A stretch of 62,762 nucleotides of DNA, taken from positions 1 to 62,762 of the forward strand of contig CALLJF010000019.1 in assembly GCA_938091495.1 (NCBI GenBank), read 5' to 3'. The position numbers were made by a program, and so were the translations under genes. Each line of letters begins with the position of its first letter. The first letter of the stretch is position 1. Under the pieces are notes generated by a model that saw only the letters and a program-made list of their open reading frames with translations, did not search any database and was not told where the DNA came from. Shown piece after piece: positions 1 to 9,551 of this stretch. The stretch is from an uncultured Nitrososphaerales archaeon. GTDB lineage: Archaea > Thermoproteota > Nitrososphaeria > Nitrososphaerales > JACAEJ01.

Positions 1-984
1 CTTACAGTGCCTAACTGCCCCCTTGCCAATACTATAAAGAGTGATGTAGAAAGAGCCTTGATGAATGTAAAGGGAGTAAAGGCTGTTGATGTAGAATTGA
101 CTTCTATGACAAAGGATGAGCTGGATGCCCTTGCAAAGAGTATTCAGCAAAGGGGAGAGGCAAAAAAGGTAAGCGCGATGATAGAGAAGCTAGAAAAAGG
201 TCGCATAAGAAATGTGATAGCAATAGTATCTGGAAAGGGAGGGGTGGGAAAATCCTTTGTGACTGGAATGCTGGCCATAGAATTGAGAAGGCAAGGACAT
301 GAAGTTGGCATATTAGACGCTGATATAACCGGTTCGAGCATAGCGAAGATATTCGGATTAAGTGAAAGGCCTACAAAGGGACGGTCTGGAATAAACCCTA
401 CATTAACAAAGTTAGGCATAAAAGTGATGTCCATGAACCTTATACTTGATGATCCTACAACCCCAATAATTTGGAGAGGACCTCTTATCAACAGTGCCAT
501 AAGGCAGCTTTACCAAGATGTTGATTGGGGAGAGCTTCATTATCTATTGGTTGATCTTCCTCCTGGTACCAGCGATGCACCTCTAACTGTATTTCAGTCT
601 CTTCCCCTTGATGGAGTGATAGTGGTATCTTCTCCTCAAGACCTTGCTTTTATGGTTGTGAAAAAAGTCATGAACATGGCAAGGCATATGAACATCCCAA
701 TCATAGGTCTAATAGAGAACATGAGCTATATCGAATGCCCTAAATGTGGAGAGAAGATAGAGCTTTATGGACCTTCAAAAGGATATGAAAGTGCAAAAGA
801 TTTTGAGATACAATTCCTTGGAAAAGTTCCAGTAGACCCTACGATTTCTAAATTATCAGATCAAGGTAAGCTCGAGGATTATTCGAGCTTAGTATTCACA
901 GAAATTACGAGAGCTTTAAGATTGGGCATTGAAAAATTAATCAAGAAAACGAGCGCAAGGCAACCTATAGCATGGTCAAAGTAA
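1..984 (+). CDS. mrp: Mrp/NBP35 (ApbC) Fe-S cluster carrier ATPase with N-terminal DUF59/FeS-assembly domain; 5' end lies outside the window
   Basis: LTVPNCP (DUF59 motif) at the window edge, deviant Walker A SGKGGVGKS, DLPPGT, ENMS and CPKC motifs. Confidence 0.92.
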   Translation, partial: LTVPNCPLANTIKSDVERALMNVKGVKAVDVELTSMTKDELDALAKSIQQRGEAKKVSAMIEKLEKGRIRNVIAIVSGKGGVGKSFVTGMLAIELRRQGHEVGILDADITGSSIAKIFGLSERPTKGRSGINPTLTKLGIKVMSMNLILDDPTTPIIWRGPLINSAIRQLYQDVDWGELHYLLVDLPPGTSDAPLTVFQSLPLDGVIVVSSPQDLAFMVVKKVMNMARHMNIPIIGLIENMSYIECPKCGEKIELYGPSKGYESAKDFEIQFLGKVPVDPTISKLSDQGKLEDYSSLVFTEITRALRLGIEKLIKKTSARQPIAWSK

Positions 985-1044
985 TGAACTACGAATTAAG
1001 TTAAGTCCAAATTCTTTTATAATTCGAGAGTTTGTATTAGGATT

Positions 1045-1860
1045 ATGGAAGCGAGAGTAGTTCTCATCTCATACACCCCTGATCTTGAGAGGGTGTGCGC
1101 TTCAGCCATGAGGTCTTGCTACTCACAATATCCTGCATCTGAGCTTTATCTTAGAAAAGACCTCTTGGGCGATGCTGATGTGAAAAGAATGTTAGAAAAG
1201 GCTCTTCAGCTAGGGCATTATGACGTAATGGAGCATGGATCTTTGACCTATAGCCTGAATAACGTTTCAAGAGTTCTCACTCATCAACTCGTAAGACATA
1301 GACTTGCATCTTTCTCTCAGCAAAGCCAAAGATACGTAAGAATAGGAAAAAACGAATGGTATGTAAAGCCCCCTTCTTTGAAGGATGAAAAGGTTCAGGT
1401 TGAGGTTAATAACGCTAAGATCGAGCTTGGCTATGATGATTTCATGGCTGTTAGTGGGCAGATTTATGAAGCGTATTCAGAAAAAGGTTTTCACAAAGAG
1501 GATGCTAGGTTCATAGTGCCATCTGCAAGTAAAACCAATATTACCATTACAGCAAATCCAAGGGAGTTTAGGCACATCTTCAGCCAAAGATGCGATAGTG
1601 CAGCGCAATGGGAGATTAGAGATGTATGCTGGGCAATGCTTGCATCGGCTAAACTTATAGCCCCAAATATATTCAAAACTTTCGACTTCCCTGCAAGCAA
1701 AGATCGACAAGCATTAGAAAGATTAGCCAAGATAGATGAATTGTTATCAGATTATAGATCATCTTTTGAGAAAACAGAAAGAGGAACTCTATTTGAGATC
1801 GATTTGAGCAAGCTCGACCTATCTCATAAGGTTCTTTCGTTCATTTTAAAAGGTTCATAA
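1045..1860 (+). CDS. thyX: FAD-dependent thymidylate synthase
   Basis: ThyX motif RHRLASFSQQSQRY, GHxxVxEH, EDARF, AQWEIR. Confidence 0.93.
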   Translation: MEARVVLISYTPDLERVCASAMRSCYSQYPASELYLRKDLLGDADVKRMLEKALQLGHYDVMEHGSLTYSLNNVSRVLTHQLVRHRLASFSQQSQRYVRIGKNEWYVKPPSLKDEKVQVEVNNAKIELGYDDFMAVSGQIYEAYSEKGFHKEDARFIVPSASKTNITITANPREFRHIFSQRCDSAAQWEIRDVCWAMLASAKLIAPNIFKTFDFPASKDRQALERLAKIDELLSDYRSSFEKTERGTLFEIDLSKLDLSHKVLSFILKGS

Positions 1861-1879
1861 ATCAAAATCGTGATAGAAT

Positions 1880-2413
1880 TTGAAGAAATCTCATGTTTTT
1901 GACCCTAAGAACATAGATATTCTAGAAATGGAAGGGAGAAATATCTGGCAAGATCCCGAAGAAATTCTTAAAGCAGTAGAAATCAAGCCTTACTTCGTTG
2001 CTGCTTTTTCACTTTACCATTGTCTCAGAAGGTCAAGAGAATCTATGCTATAGATATTCAAAGAGAAACGCTTGAATTTCTAAAAAATTCAAAAGCTGAA
2101 GATAAAAAACATTGAACCTTTACTTTCAAAGGAAGATGGGATTCCCCTTGAAAAGCATCGACCTTTTGATCACCATCAACACCCTTCATGAATTTGACAA
2201 AAAGGATAAAACTATCGAGGAGATGAGAAGAGTGCTAAAAAGATTTGGGAAAGCTTTGATAGTTGACTTTAAGAAAGAGGATACTGGTTTTTGGCCTCCA
2301 GTTGCCATTAGAGTTTCTAAAGAAGAAGCATAAGTCTTTTCGAGAAGAAAGGCTTCACCTTTTTGAACTCAAAAGACCTCATGTACCATTGCCTTCTAGT
2401 TTTTTCTAAGTAA
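1880..2413 (+). pseudogene. Degraded class I SAM-dependent methyltransferase
   Basis: Pieces WQDPEEILK..FVAA / FTLPLS..YAIDIQ / NTLHEF..EMRRVLK..LIVDF lie in different frames; glycine-rich SAM motif I is missing; premature stop at 2331-2333. Confidence 0.75.
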
Positions 2414-2447
2414 AAGGTTAAACGCAACATACTTTCGATTTTTATGC

Positions 2448-3857
2448 ATGGAAAAAAAGAGGGTAGAGAAGGATTATCTTGGCGAAAAAGAGATACCTGA
2501 GGATGCTTACTATGGAATTCAGACTTTAAGGGCAATAGAGAATTTTCCTATAAGCCGAATAAAAGCTCACCCAGAGTTCATAAGAGCGACAGCCATTGTA
2601 AAGAAAGCTTGTGCTGAAGCAAATATGATGACAGGAGATTTAGACGCTAGAATTGCAAAAGCCATTATTAATGCTGCTGATGAGATAATAAATGGTAAAC
2701 TTCATGATCAGTTCTTGGTGGATGTATTTCAGGCAGGAGCAGGAACATCCCATAATATGAACGCTAACGAAGTCATAGCCAATAGAGCCATAGAGATACT
2801 AGGTGGTAAAAAAGGAGATTACAAAATAGTTCATCCTAACGATCATGTGAACATGGCCCAATCTACGAATGATGTATTTCCCACTGTAATGCGCATTTCT
2901 TGCCTTCCTTTGATTCAAAGATTGATCATTGAGCTAAAGAATCTTAAGGAGGCTTTTGAGAAGAAAGCCAAAGAGTTTGACAAAATTATCAAGCCTGGAA
3001 GGACTCATCTGAAGGATGCTGCGCCTATTCGATTAGGTCAAGTTTTCAATGCATACGCTTCAATAATTTCTGAAAATATCGAGAGAATTGAGAGAGCATC
3101 TATAGCTTTAGAAGATTTGAATATAGGAGCAACGGCAGTGGGTACAGGCTTGAATGCAGACCCTGAATATGTCAAAATTGTTGTGGAGAAATTAAAAGCT
3201 TACACTGGTTTTAAACTTCGTAGTGCTAAGAATTTGATAGCTGTAACTCAATCCATGGGCGATTTTGTAGAATTGTCAAACGCTCTTAAAACTTTGGCAA
3301 TAGATATGATCAAAATTGCCAATGATATTAGGCTGATGAGCTCTGGTCCCGTTACTGGATTAAATGAAATAAACCTACCTTCAGTCCAGCCAGGATCGTC
3401 GATAATGCCAGGTAAAGTAAATCCTGTAATTGCAGAAGCGATGAACATGGTAGCCTTTCAAGTAATAGGAAACGATTTGACTGTAACTCTTGCTTCACAG
3501 GCAGGGCAACTAGAGCTTAATGTAATGATGCCTGTAATCGCTTTTAACTTGATACAGTCATTGGATATATTAAAGAATTCTATTCATGTATTTACTGAGA
3601 GACTAGTATTAGGGATTACTGCCAATGAAAAGAGATGTAGAGAAATGGTAGAGCGTAGCCCTGGTTTAGCTTTAGCGTTAAACCCATACATCGGATTTGA
3701 AGCTACTGCAAAGGTAGTTCAAGAAGCCATAGCCACTGGTAAGACTATAAAAGAAGTTATATTGGAGAAAAAACTGATTCCTAAAGATATGGTTGATAAA
3801 ATTCTTGATCCTTATGCTCTGACTGAGCCAGGCAAGAGAAAGGTAAAACAAAGTTAA
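2448..3857 (+). CDS. aspA: Aspartate ammonia-lyase (class II fumarase/aspartase family)
   Basis: GSSIMPGKVNP signature, GAGTSHNMNANE, HPNDHVN, QSTND. Confidence 0.85.
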   Translation: MEKKRVEKDYLGEKEIPEDAYYGIQTLRAIENFPISRIKAHPEFIRATAIVKKACAEANMMTGDLDARIAKAIINAADEIINGKLHDQFLVDVFQAGAGTSHNMNANEVIANRAIEILGGKKGDYKIVHPNDHVNMAQSTNDVFPTVMRISCLPLIQRLIIELKNLKEAFEKKAKEFDKIIKPGRTHLKDAAPIRLGQVFNAYASIISENIERIERASIALEDLNIGATAVGTGLNADPEYVKIVVEKLKAYTGFKLRSAKNLIAVTQSMGDFVELSNALKTLAIDMIKIANDIRLMSSGPVTGLNEINLPSVQPGSSIMPGKVNPVIAEAMNMVAFQVIGNDLTVTLASQAGQLELNVMMPVIAFNLIQSLDILKNSIHVFTERLVLGITANEKRCREMVERSPGLALALNPYIGFEATAKVVQEAIATGKTIKEVILEKKLIPKDMVDKILDPYALTEPGKRKVKQS

Positions 3858-3988
3858 GATGCTTCTTTTCTTAGCTTCATCTCAGGAATAGGGGCTGATT
3901 TTCTATATGGTCCTCTCTTCCTCTTTCTAGCCTTCCTCTTTTCTTCTGCTTTCTTTACTAATTCTCCTTCTAAGCCCTCTTTATTCAT
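3854..3988 (-). CDS. Small basic hypothetical protein (44 aa)
   Basis: ATG-started ORF MNKEGLEGELVKKAEEKRKARKRKRGPYRKSAPIPEMKLRKEAS fills an otherwise empty gap; not listed in the ORF track. Confidence 0.55.
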   Translation of the reverse strand: MNKEGLEGELVKKAEEKRKARKRKRGPYRKSAPIPEMKLRKEAS

Positions 3989-4137
3989 CTTTCTCAATAA
4001 TAATTTCTTGAGAAATCATTTAAATTTTTGGAGAGTAGTTAAATTTTAGATTAGGTGTTATGGGAAGATATATAAATGATAAGAGATGAGATTATTAATA
4101 GAGAAAGATAGCGTAAACATTACTTAGGTCGATTTTT

Positions 4138-5328
4138 ATGGAAATAGTTGAGAGAGTCGGTAAAGTTGAGGATATTATGTCTAGGACCTTTAACGTCGTC
4201 AAAGAAGATGAATTCCTCTCAAAGGTCATAGGCATGTTCAAAGGAGGTAAGGCTAAACCTACTGAAGCACTCATAGTTGTGGACTCTAAAGGCAGCTATA
4301 AAGGCGTACTTACTGAACGTATGATAATCAGGTCGAGGCTTGATCCCAAAAAGACGAAGGTCAAGGCAGTATATAGACCTGCGCCTAAACTGAATCCAAA
4401 AGATGATGCTATTGAAGCTGTTATATTGATGGTTGAGAATGATATTAAACACATTCCAGTGATTGAAGAGGATAATATTGTCGGTTTAGTTGTAGATGTA
4501 GATGTTTTGGAGAAGGCTGTCAAGGGAGATTTCGGCTTAAAACTAGTAAAGGATATAATGACTAAAGAGCCTAAAGTCATTGAAGAGAGAGCTTCCATAG
4601 CCAGTGCCATGGCTTTAATGAGAGAAGAAGGCATATCTAGACTTCCTGTAGTTAGGGGCGATAAGTTAGTGGGAATTATCAGCATACATGATATTGTAGA
4701 ACAGGTTGTTCTACCAAGAGATAAGATTAGGTTTGGAGACTTTGCTGGAGATAAACCTAAACCCTTAAGCAATCCTGTCAAGGGCGTCATGACAAAGCCT
4801 GTAATAACCATCTCACCAAATACCACACTTAGGGATGCGGTTCGACTTATGCTCGAGCATAATATAGCTTCGTTAATCATTTTGGATAAGGGTAAGATAG
4901 CAGGCATCGTAACTAAAACCGACATACTGAGTGCGATAGCTCAAGAAAAAAGAATAGCCAAGAATAGACTTTTAGTCCAATTCTCTTTTAACCGCATGAG
5001 CATCGACAGTACAGAGCATGAGCGCATGTTGGCTGATATGGAGTCCTTTGCTAGAAAGTATTCAGACCATCTAGGCGAAGGTGTAATCACAGTCTACTTT
5101 AAGCAGCATAGAGAGAAGTGGAGGAACGTGCCATTTATTCATTGTCGAATTATGATCAAGAGCAAAGGAGGACAGTACGTAGGCATAAGCAATGGCTGGG
5201 GCTTCTCACATGCCCTTCAAAATGCCTTGGATCATGCTGAAAGACAGATACTAAAAGGTAAGGAGATGAAAAGAGAACACAGGTTTGCGGAGGAGTTCAT
5301 TAACAAAATGTTAGAACTCTGGCATTAA
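4138..5328 (+). CDS. Four-CBS-domain protein with C-terminal HPF/RaiA-like domain (putative ribosome hibernation factor)
   Basis: Four CBS repeats (e.g. SRLPVV..LVGIIS) followed by a ~110 aa alpha/beta tail ending GWGFSHALQNALDHAERQI. Confidence 0.7.
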   Translation: MEIVERVGKVEDIMSRTFNVVKEDEFLSKVIGMFKGGKAKPTEALIVVDSKGSYKGVLTERMIIRSRLDPKKTKVKAVYRPAPKLNPKDDAIEAVILMVENDIKHIPVIEEDNIVGLVVDVDVLEKAVKGDFGLKLVKDIMTKEPKVIEERASIASAMALMREEGISRLPVVRGDKLVGIISIHDIVEQVVLPRDKIRFGDFAGDKPKPLSNPVKGVMTKPVITISPNTTLRDAVRLMLEHNIASLIILDKGKIAGIVTKTDILSAIAQEKRIAKNRLLVQFSFNRMSIDSTEHERMLADMESFARKYSDHLGEGVITVYFKQHREKWRNVPFIHCRIMIKSKGGQYVGISNGWGFSHALQNALDHAERQILKGKEMKREHRFAEEFINKMLELWH

Positions 5329-5657
5329 TCGGGTTTTATTAAAATGTCTTCTCCTTGAACTTTGACTTCATAAATTGGTACAGGTTTTAATGGTATCTCT
5401 CTCCCCCAGAAGCCTTCTCCGGTTTTCAAGTCAAAACGAGCGAAATGGCAAGGACAAATGACTTTACCTTCCTCAATGATACCTTTGGACAATAAACATT
5501 TCATATGAGTGCAACGATTACCTATAGCGTAGAAACTTCCATCTAGTTTTGCTATCATAATTTCTTTGTCATTGATCTTAACATCAATCATCCTTCCTTC
5601 AGATATGTCTTTAACTGAGGCAACTTTAACGAATTCTCTCAAAGATTCACCTCGCAC
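5325..5657 (-). CDS. Rieske [2Fe-2S] ferredoxin
   Basis: CTH and CPCH Rieske ligands, FDLKTG. Confidence 0.9.
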   Translation of the reverse strand: MRGESLREFVKVASVKDISEGRMIDVKINDKEIMIAKLDGSFYAIGNRCTHMKCLLSKGIIEEGKVICPCHFARFDLKTGEGFWGREIPLKPVPIYEVKVQGEDILIKPD

Positions 5658-5776
5658 CGAGATTTTTATGAGTTTATTATAAAAATCTTGCGCGCCAGTA
5701 AATATACTTAGATTTTGACCTATTAATTAAATTTACTAATACTAGTAGTTAGGTAATCATATACTTAGAGGTACGA

Positions 5777-6820
5777 TTGATGAGCATAGGCGTTGCCATT
5801 TTATCCGGCGGGGAGAGTAGACGCTTTCAGAAGCCTGACTATAAGAGAAGAGACAAGGCTTTGGAGATTGTAAATGGAAAGAGGATGATAGAATGGGTCA
5901 TAGATTCAGCCTATAAAGTCTCGAATAAAGTCACTATAATAGTAAGAGATGAGAAGCAGGTAAAGTTATACTCAGATATCTTCTCCAAAAATTATTCTAA
6001 GATTGGCGTAATAGCAGACTTGAAAGGTTTTGGGCACAGCCCCCTTGTAGGCCTTGCAACTAGCGCAAAAGCAATAGAAGATGATTTTATTTTGATCTTG
6101 CCTTGTGATGCACCGTATGTAAAAGAAGATGTTCTCAAATTGTTAATAAATAAAGTAAATAGTTATGATGTTATCTCACCTTTATGGCCAGATGGTAAGG
6201 TTGAACCACTTTTTTCCATTTACAGAAGAGAACATGTATTATTATGTTATGAAGTCCTTCTAAGCCTTAAGAGATGGAGGCCTGATGATTTGATAAGAGC
6301 CAGCAGAAAATCGTATTTTATCAGCGTAGAGAATATGAGAGAAATTGATAAAGAATTGAACTCTTTTTTCAACATAAACTACCCTGAGGATATTAGCATT
6401 AAAAAGAGAGTCAAAATAAATAATGGAATAAAAGAGGATAAGATAATTCATCCTAATAGAGTTTCTATAGAAATAATAGAAGGGGTTGTAAAAACTATAT
6501 TGAGTAAGGATTTAAACCCTAATCTCATAGACGAATTAAAAAACTCTCATTTTTGGAAATCTATCATGGCTTTATCACTTTGTGAAAATTTTGGGAAAAA
6601 GTATCTGGAATTAGCTGGAAGGAGTTTTGAGGATGAAGCCAATTACTATATGAGAAAAGAGTTAAAAATGCTTGCCCTTCATGCATTATTAGATGCTTTA
6701 TCTTGCTGGAAAGAATTGAACCATAGTGAAAATGTAAATAGACTATCAAAAAAGGCTTTGAGTTTAAGGAAGCAAGTTAGCATAGACTTTAAAGGAAAAT
6801 ACCTTAAATTTCATATATGA
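5777..6820 (+). CDS. mobA: MobA-like NTP transferase (molybdenum cofactor guanylyltransferase family) with C-terminal extension
   Basis: ILSGGESRRF..DKA, LPCDAP, EPLFSIY, FFNINYPED. Confidence 0.75.
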   Translation: MMSIGVAILSGGESRRFQKPDYKRRDKALEIVNGKRMIEWVIDSAYKVSNKVTIIVRDEKQVKLYSDIFSKNYSKIGVIADLKGFGHSPLVGLATSAKAIEDDFILILPCDAPYVKEDVLKLLINKVNSYDVISPLWPDGKVEPLFSIYRREHVLLCYEVLLSLKRWRPDDLIRASRKSYFISVENMREIDKELNSFFNINYPEDISIKKRVKINNGIKEDKIIHPNRVSIEIIEGVVKTILSKDLNPNLIDELKNSHFWKSIMALSLCENFGKKYLELAGRSFEDEANYYMRKELKMLALHALLDALSCWKELNHSENVNRLSKKALSLRKQVSIDFKGKYLKFHI

Positions 6821-6826
6821 TAAAAA

Positions 6827-8638
6827 TCATTCTCTCTTTGATAGATAATAGTACGATTCTCTCCCCTTCTGATCTCTATCTAACTTGCTACCAGGCTTAT
6901 TGACTCTAGGCCTTCCAGTGTCCACATCACGCCTATAGGTTATTCCCAAATCTTTAAGAAATGTGTTCATGCCTTCCTCTTTTTCCATAGGGGATGTGGC
7001 TTCACCTTTAACTCCCTGCTCACCGGTGAATATCATGAGAGAATCAGAAACAATGTCTATGAGCTGAACGTCATGATCCACTATTATTGCAGATTTACCT
7101 CGAGATTTTACGAACCTTTGAACTACTTTTGCAAAGGCTATTCTATCCTCTACGTCCATGAAGGCTGACGGCTCATCCAAAGCATAAACATCGGCTTCTC
7201 TCAGTAAGCACGCTGTTACGGCTACCTTCTGTAACTCTCCTCCGCTTAAATCCTTTAAGGGCTTATCGTATAGTTTACGAACCCTTAAGGGATTGATTAT
7301 CAACGATTGGATCAAACCTGATTCCAAATTGCCTCCTGATGCTCTATCTAAAAGAGTCTTGACATCTTCATCAGACTCAGCGTTAAGATACTGAGGTTTG
7401 TAGGATATTCTAGCTTTACATTTAACCTCTCCTTTATCAGTTTTTTCCTCTCCCGCGATTATCTTCATGAAGGTCGTCTTTCCTAATGCATTTCCTCCTA
7501 AGATTCCGATAATTTCTCCTTCCTTTAAAGACCCTGTTGAAACTTTTAATTTAAAATTTGGATAGGATTTCAAAAGGTCCATATATTCTATTATGTTTGG
7601 TGTTTGCAAAGAATCACCCATAGGAGCGTATACATCGAATGTTATTGGATTGTCTCTGAACCTTACGTTTTCAGCTGGCAAATATCCATCGAGTAGAGTA
7701 TTAATTCCAACTCTTGCTGACATTACGCCAGATACTATGCCATAAGCTCCAGGATCTCCATACAAAATGTGCACATAATCGCTCAAATAATCTAAAACTG
7801 TCAAATCATGCTCAACAAGTAAAACAGATTTCCCTTCCTTAGCCAAGCCAGATATTACTTTAGCAACGCTCAATCTTTGGTATATATCATTATATGATGA
7901 CGGTTCATCAAAGAAGTATATGTCAGCATTCTTTAAGGCGCATATAGCTACTGCCAACCTTTGAAGCTCTCCACCGCTCAGTTCTTTAGTAAGCTTGCGT
8001 AAAGATTCCTTAAGGTTTAGATTTTCAATTAATTCATCCATGGTTCCTTTTTCATCGAACTTTTTCAATAACGATAGAGAATCATTCTTCCAAACTTTGG
8101 CTAAATCGTAAACTGTTTGAGGTTTGAAAGAGACCACTAACTCCTTACTACAAATCTTCTCGAAATGATCCTTAAGCTCTGTCCCTTGGAAATGGTCTAT
8201 AATTAAATCCCAATCGGGAGAGTTTTCTATCATGCCCATATTTGGTTTAATTTTACCAGAGAGGATGTTTAATGCAGTAGTCTTCCCAGCGCCATTTTTT
8301 CCCACTAAGCCCACTATAGCCCCTTTTCTCGGTATAGGCAACCTGTAGAGCCTAAATCCGTTAAAACCGTATTGATGAATCTTATCTTCCTTTAACTCCT
8401 CAGCTAAGTTGATTATCATAATTGAATCAAAGGGACATTTCTTAGTACAAATACCACAGCCTGTGCATAATTCTTCGCTTATTACAGGTTTTCCATCATC
8501 GCCAAATATTATGGTCTTGTCTCCCATTTTCACGCCTGGACAGAGCCTATAGCACTCTAACCCACACTTTTTAGGCTGGCATCTTTCCCTATCCAGTACT
8601 GCTATGCGATGGACCAAATAAACCCCCTTAGCATACAA
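6827..8638 (-). CDS. Ribosome recycling factor ABCE1 (RLI1)
   Basis: N-terminal 2x[4Fe-4S] (CQPKKC, CTGCGICTKKCP); two ABC domains with LSGGELQ signatures. Confidence 0.96.
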   Translation of the reverse strand: MYAKGVYLVHRIAVLDRERCQPKKCGLECYRLCPGVKMGDKTIIFGDDGKPVISEELCTGCGICTKKCPFDSIMIINLAEELKEDKIHQYGFNGFRLYRLPIPRKGAIVGLVGKNGAGKTTALNILSGKIKPNMGMIENSPDWDLIIDHFQGTELKDHFEKICSKELVVSFKPQTVYDLAKVWKNDSLSLLKKFDEKGTMDELIENLNLKESLRKLTKELSGGELQRLAVAICALKNADIYFFDEPSSYNDIYQRLSVAKVISGLAKEGKSVLLVEHDLTVLDYLSDYVHILYGDPGAYGIVSGVMSARVGINTLLDGYLPAENVRFRDNPITFDVYAPMGDSLQTPNIIEYMDLLKSYPNFKLKVSTGSLKEGEIIGILGGNALGKTTFMKIIAGEEKTDKGEVKCKARISYKPQYLNAESDEDVKTLLDRASGGNLESGLIQSLIINPLRVRKLYDKPLKDLSGGELQKVAVTACLLREADVYALDEPSAFMDVEDRIAFAKVVQRFVKSRGKSAIIVDHDVQLIDIVSDSLMIFTGEQGVKGEATSPMEKEEGMNTFLKDLGITYRRDVDTGRPRVNKPGSKLDRDQKGRESYYYLSKRE

Positions 8639-8724
8639 AAACCATCTTAAGGTCTTTTAAACCAGATTTCATTTGCTTGAAGCTTAACTATTTATTATTA
8701 GCCATAAATAAATACTTTATAAAG

Positions 8725-9546
8725 CTAGGGGAATGCTGCTTTGTAGCGAACACCTCTCTTTAAGCATAAATCTTCTAATTTAACTTTTAATCTATGCCAA
8801 TAATCCGAGTCTCTTGTAACAAGTGATGGTAAACGATCCTTAAGCCCAGGCCTCTCCTTTTCCAAAAATGAAGCCATAGAGTCTAATACCCAAGGTCTCA
8901 GGTTAAGTTTATCGTAGATTATCTCGCTCTTTGTCTTCTCAGCCAAATCGATTATCTGCAAAAAGCTGTCCTCATCATCATTTATTTCTGGTATTATGGG
9001 GCCTAAAAATATCCATGTATTTATTCCTCTATCAGAAAATTCCTCTATAACTTGAACAAGGGAACTGGGTGATGGAGCTCTTGGCTGTAATTTCCTAGCG
9101 AGATCTTCTTTAAGAGTGGTTATAGTAAAGCCAACATCAAACCCTTCTGACCTGATCAAGTCTTTATCTCTTAAGACTAAAGGAGATTTCGTCTGTATGG
9201 AAATTGGAAATTTTTGGGTTGATAATAATTCAATGCATTTCCTCGTCAGTTGTAACTTTCCTTCTAATGGTTGATAAGGGTCGGTGACTGTGCTTATGCC
9301 AACTATACCCTTTGGAAGCTTCTTCAATTGATTATCTAGAATTTCAACCACGTTTATCTTTGCTTTTACGAATTTTCCCCAGTTTTTTGCTATTTCATTA
9401 TCACGGAAGACAGATGGACTATAGCAGTAAATACAACCATGTTCGCAGCCAAAGTAAGGGTTCAACGAGTAATCTAAGCCAGGCAAATTACTGCGTGAGA
9501 TAGCATTCTTGCAAACAATATTAGAATAACTGACCAAAGGCACCAT
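8725..9546 (-). CDS. Radical SAM protein, spore-photoproduct-lyase-like DNA repair family
   Basis: NPYFGCEHGCIYCY (CxxxCxxC), TDPYQP, QTKS. Confidence 0.85.
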   Translation of the reverse strand: MVPLVSYSNIVCKNAISRSNLPGLDYSLNPYFGCEHGCIYCYSPSVFRDNEIAKNWGKFVKAKINVVEILDNQLKKLPKGIVGISTVTDPYQPLEGKLQLTRKCIELLSTQKFPISIQTKSPLVLRDKDLIRSEGFDVGFTITTLKEDLARKLQPRAPSPSSLVQVIEEFSDRGINTWIFLGPIIPEINDDEDSFLQIIDLAEKTKSEIIYDKLNLRPWVLDSMASFLEKERPGLKDRLPSLVTRDSDYWHRLKVKLEDLCLKRGVRYKAAFP

Positions 9547-9551
9547 TCCAA

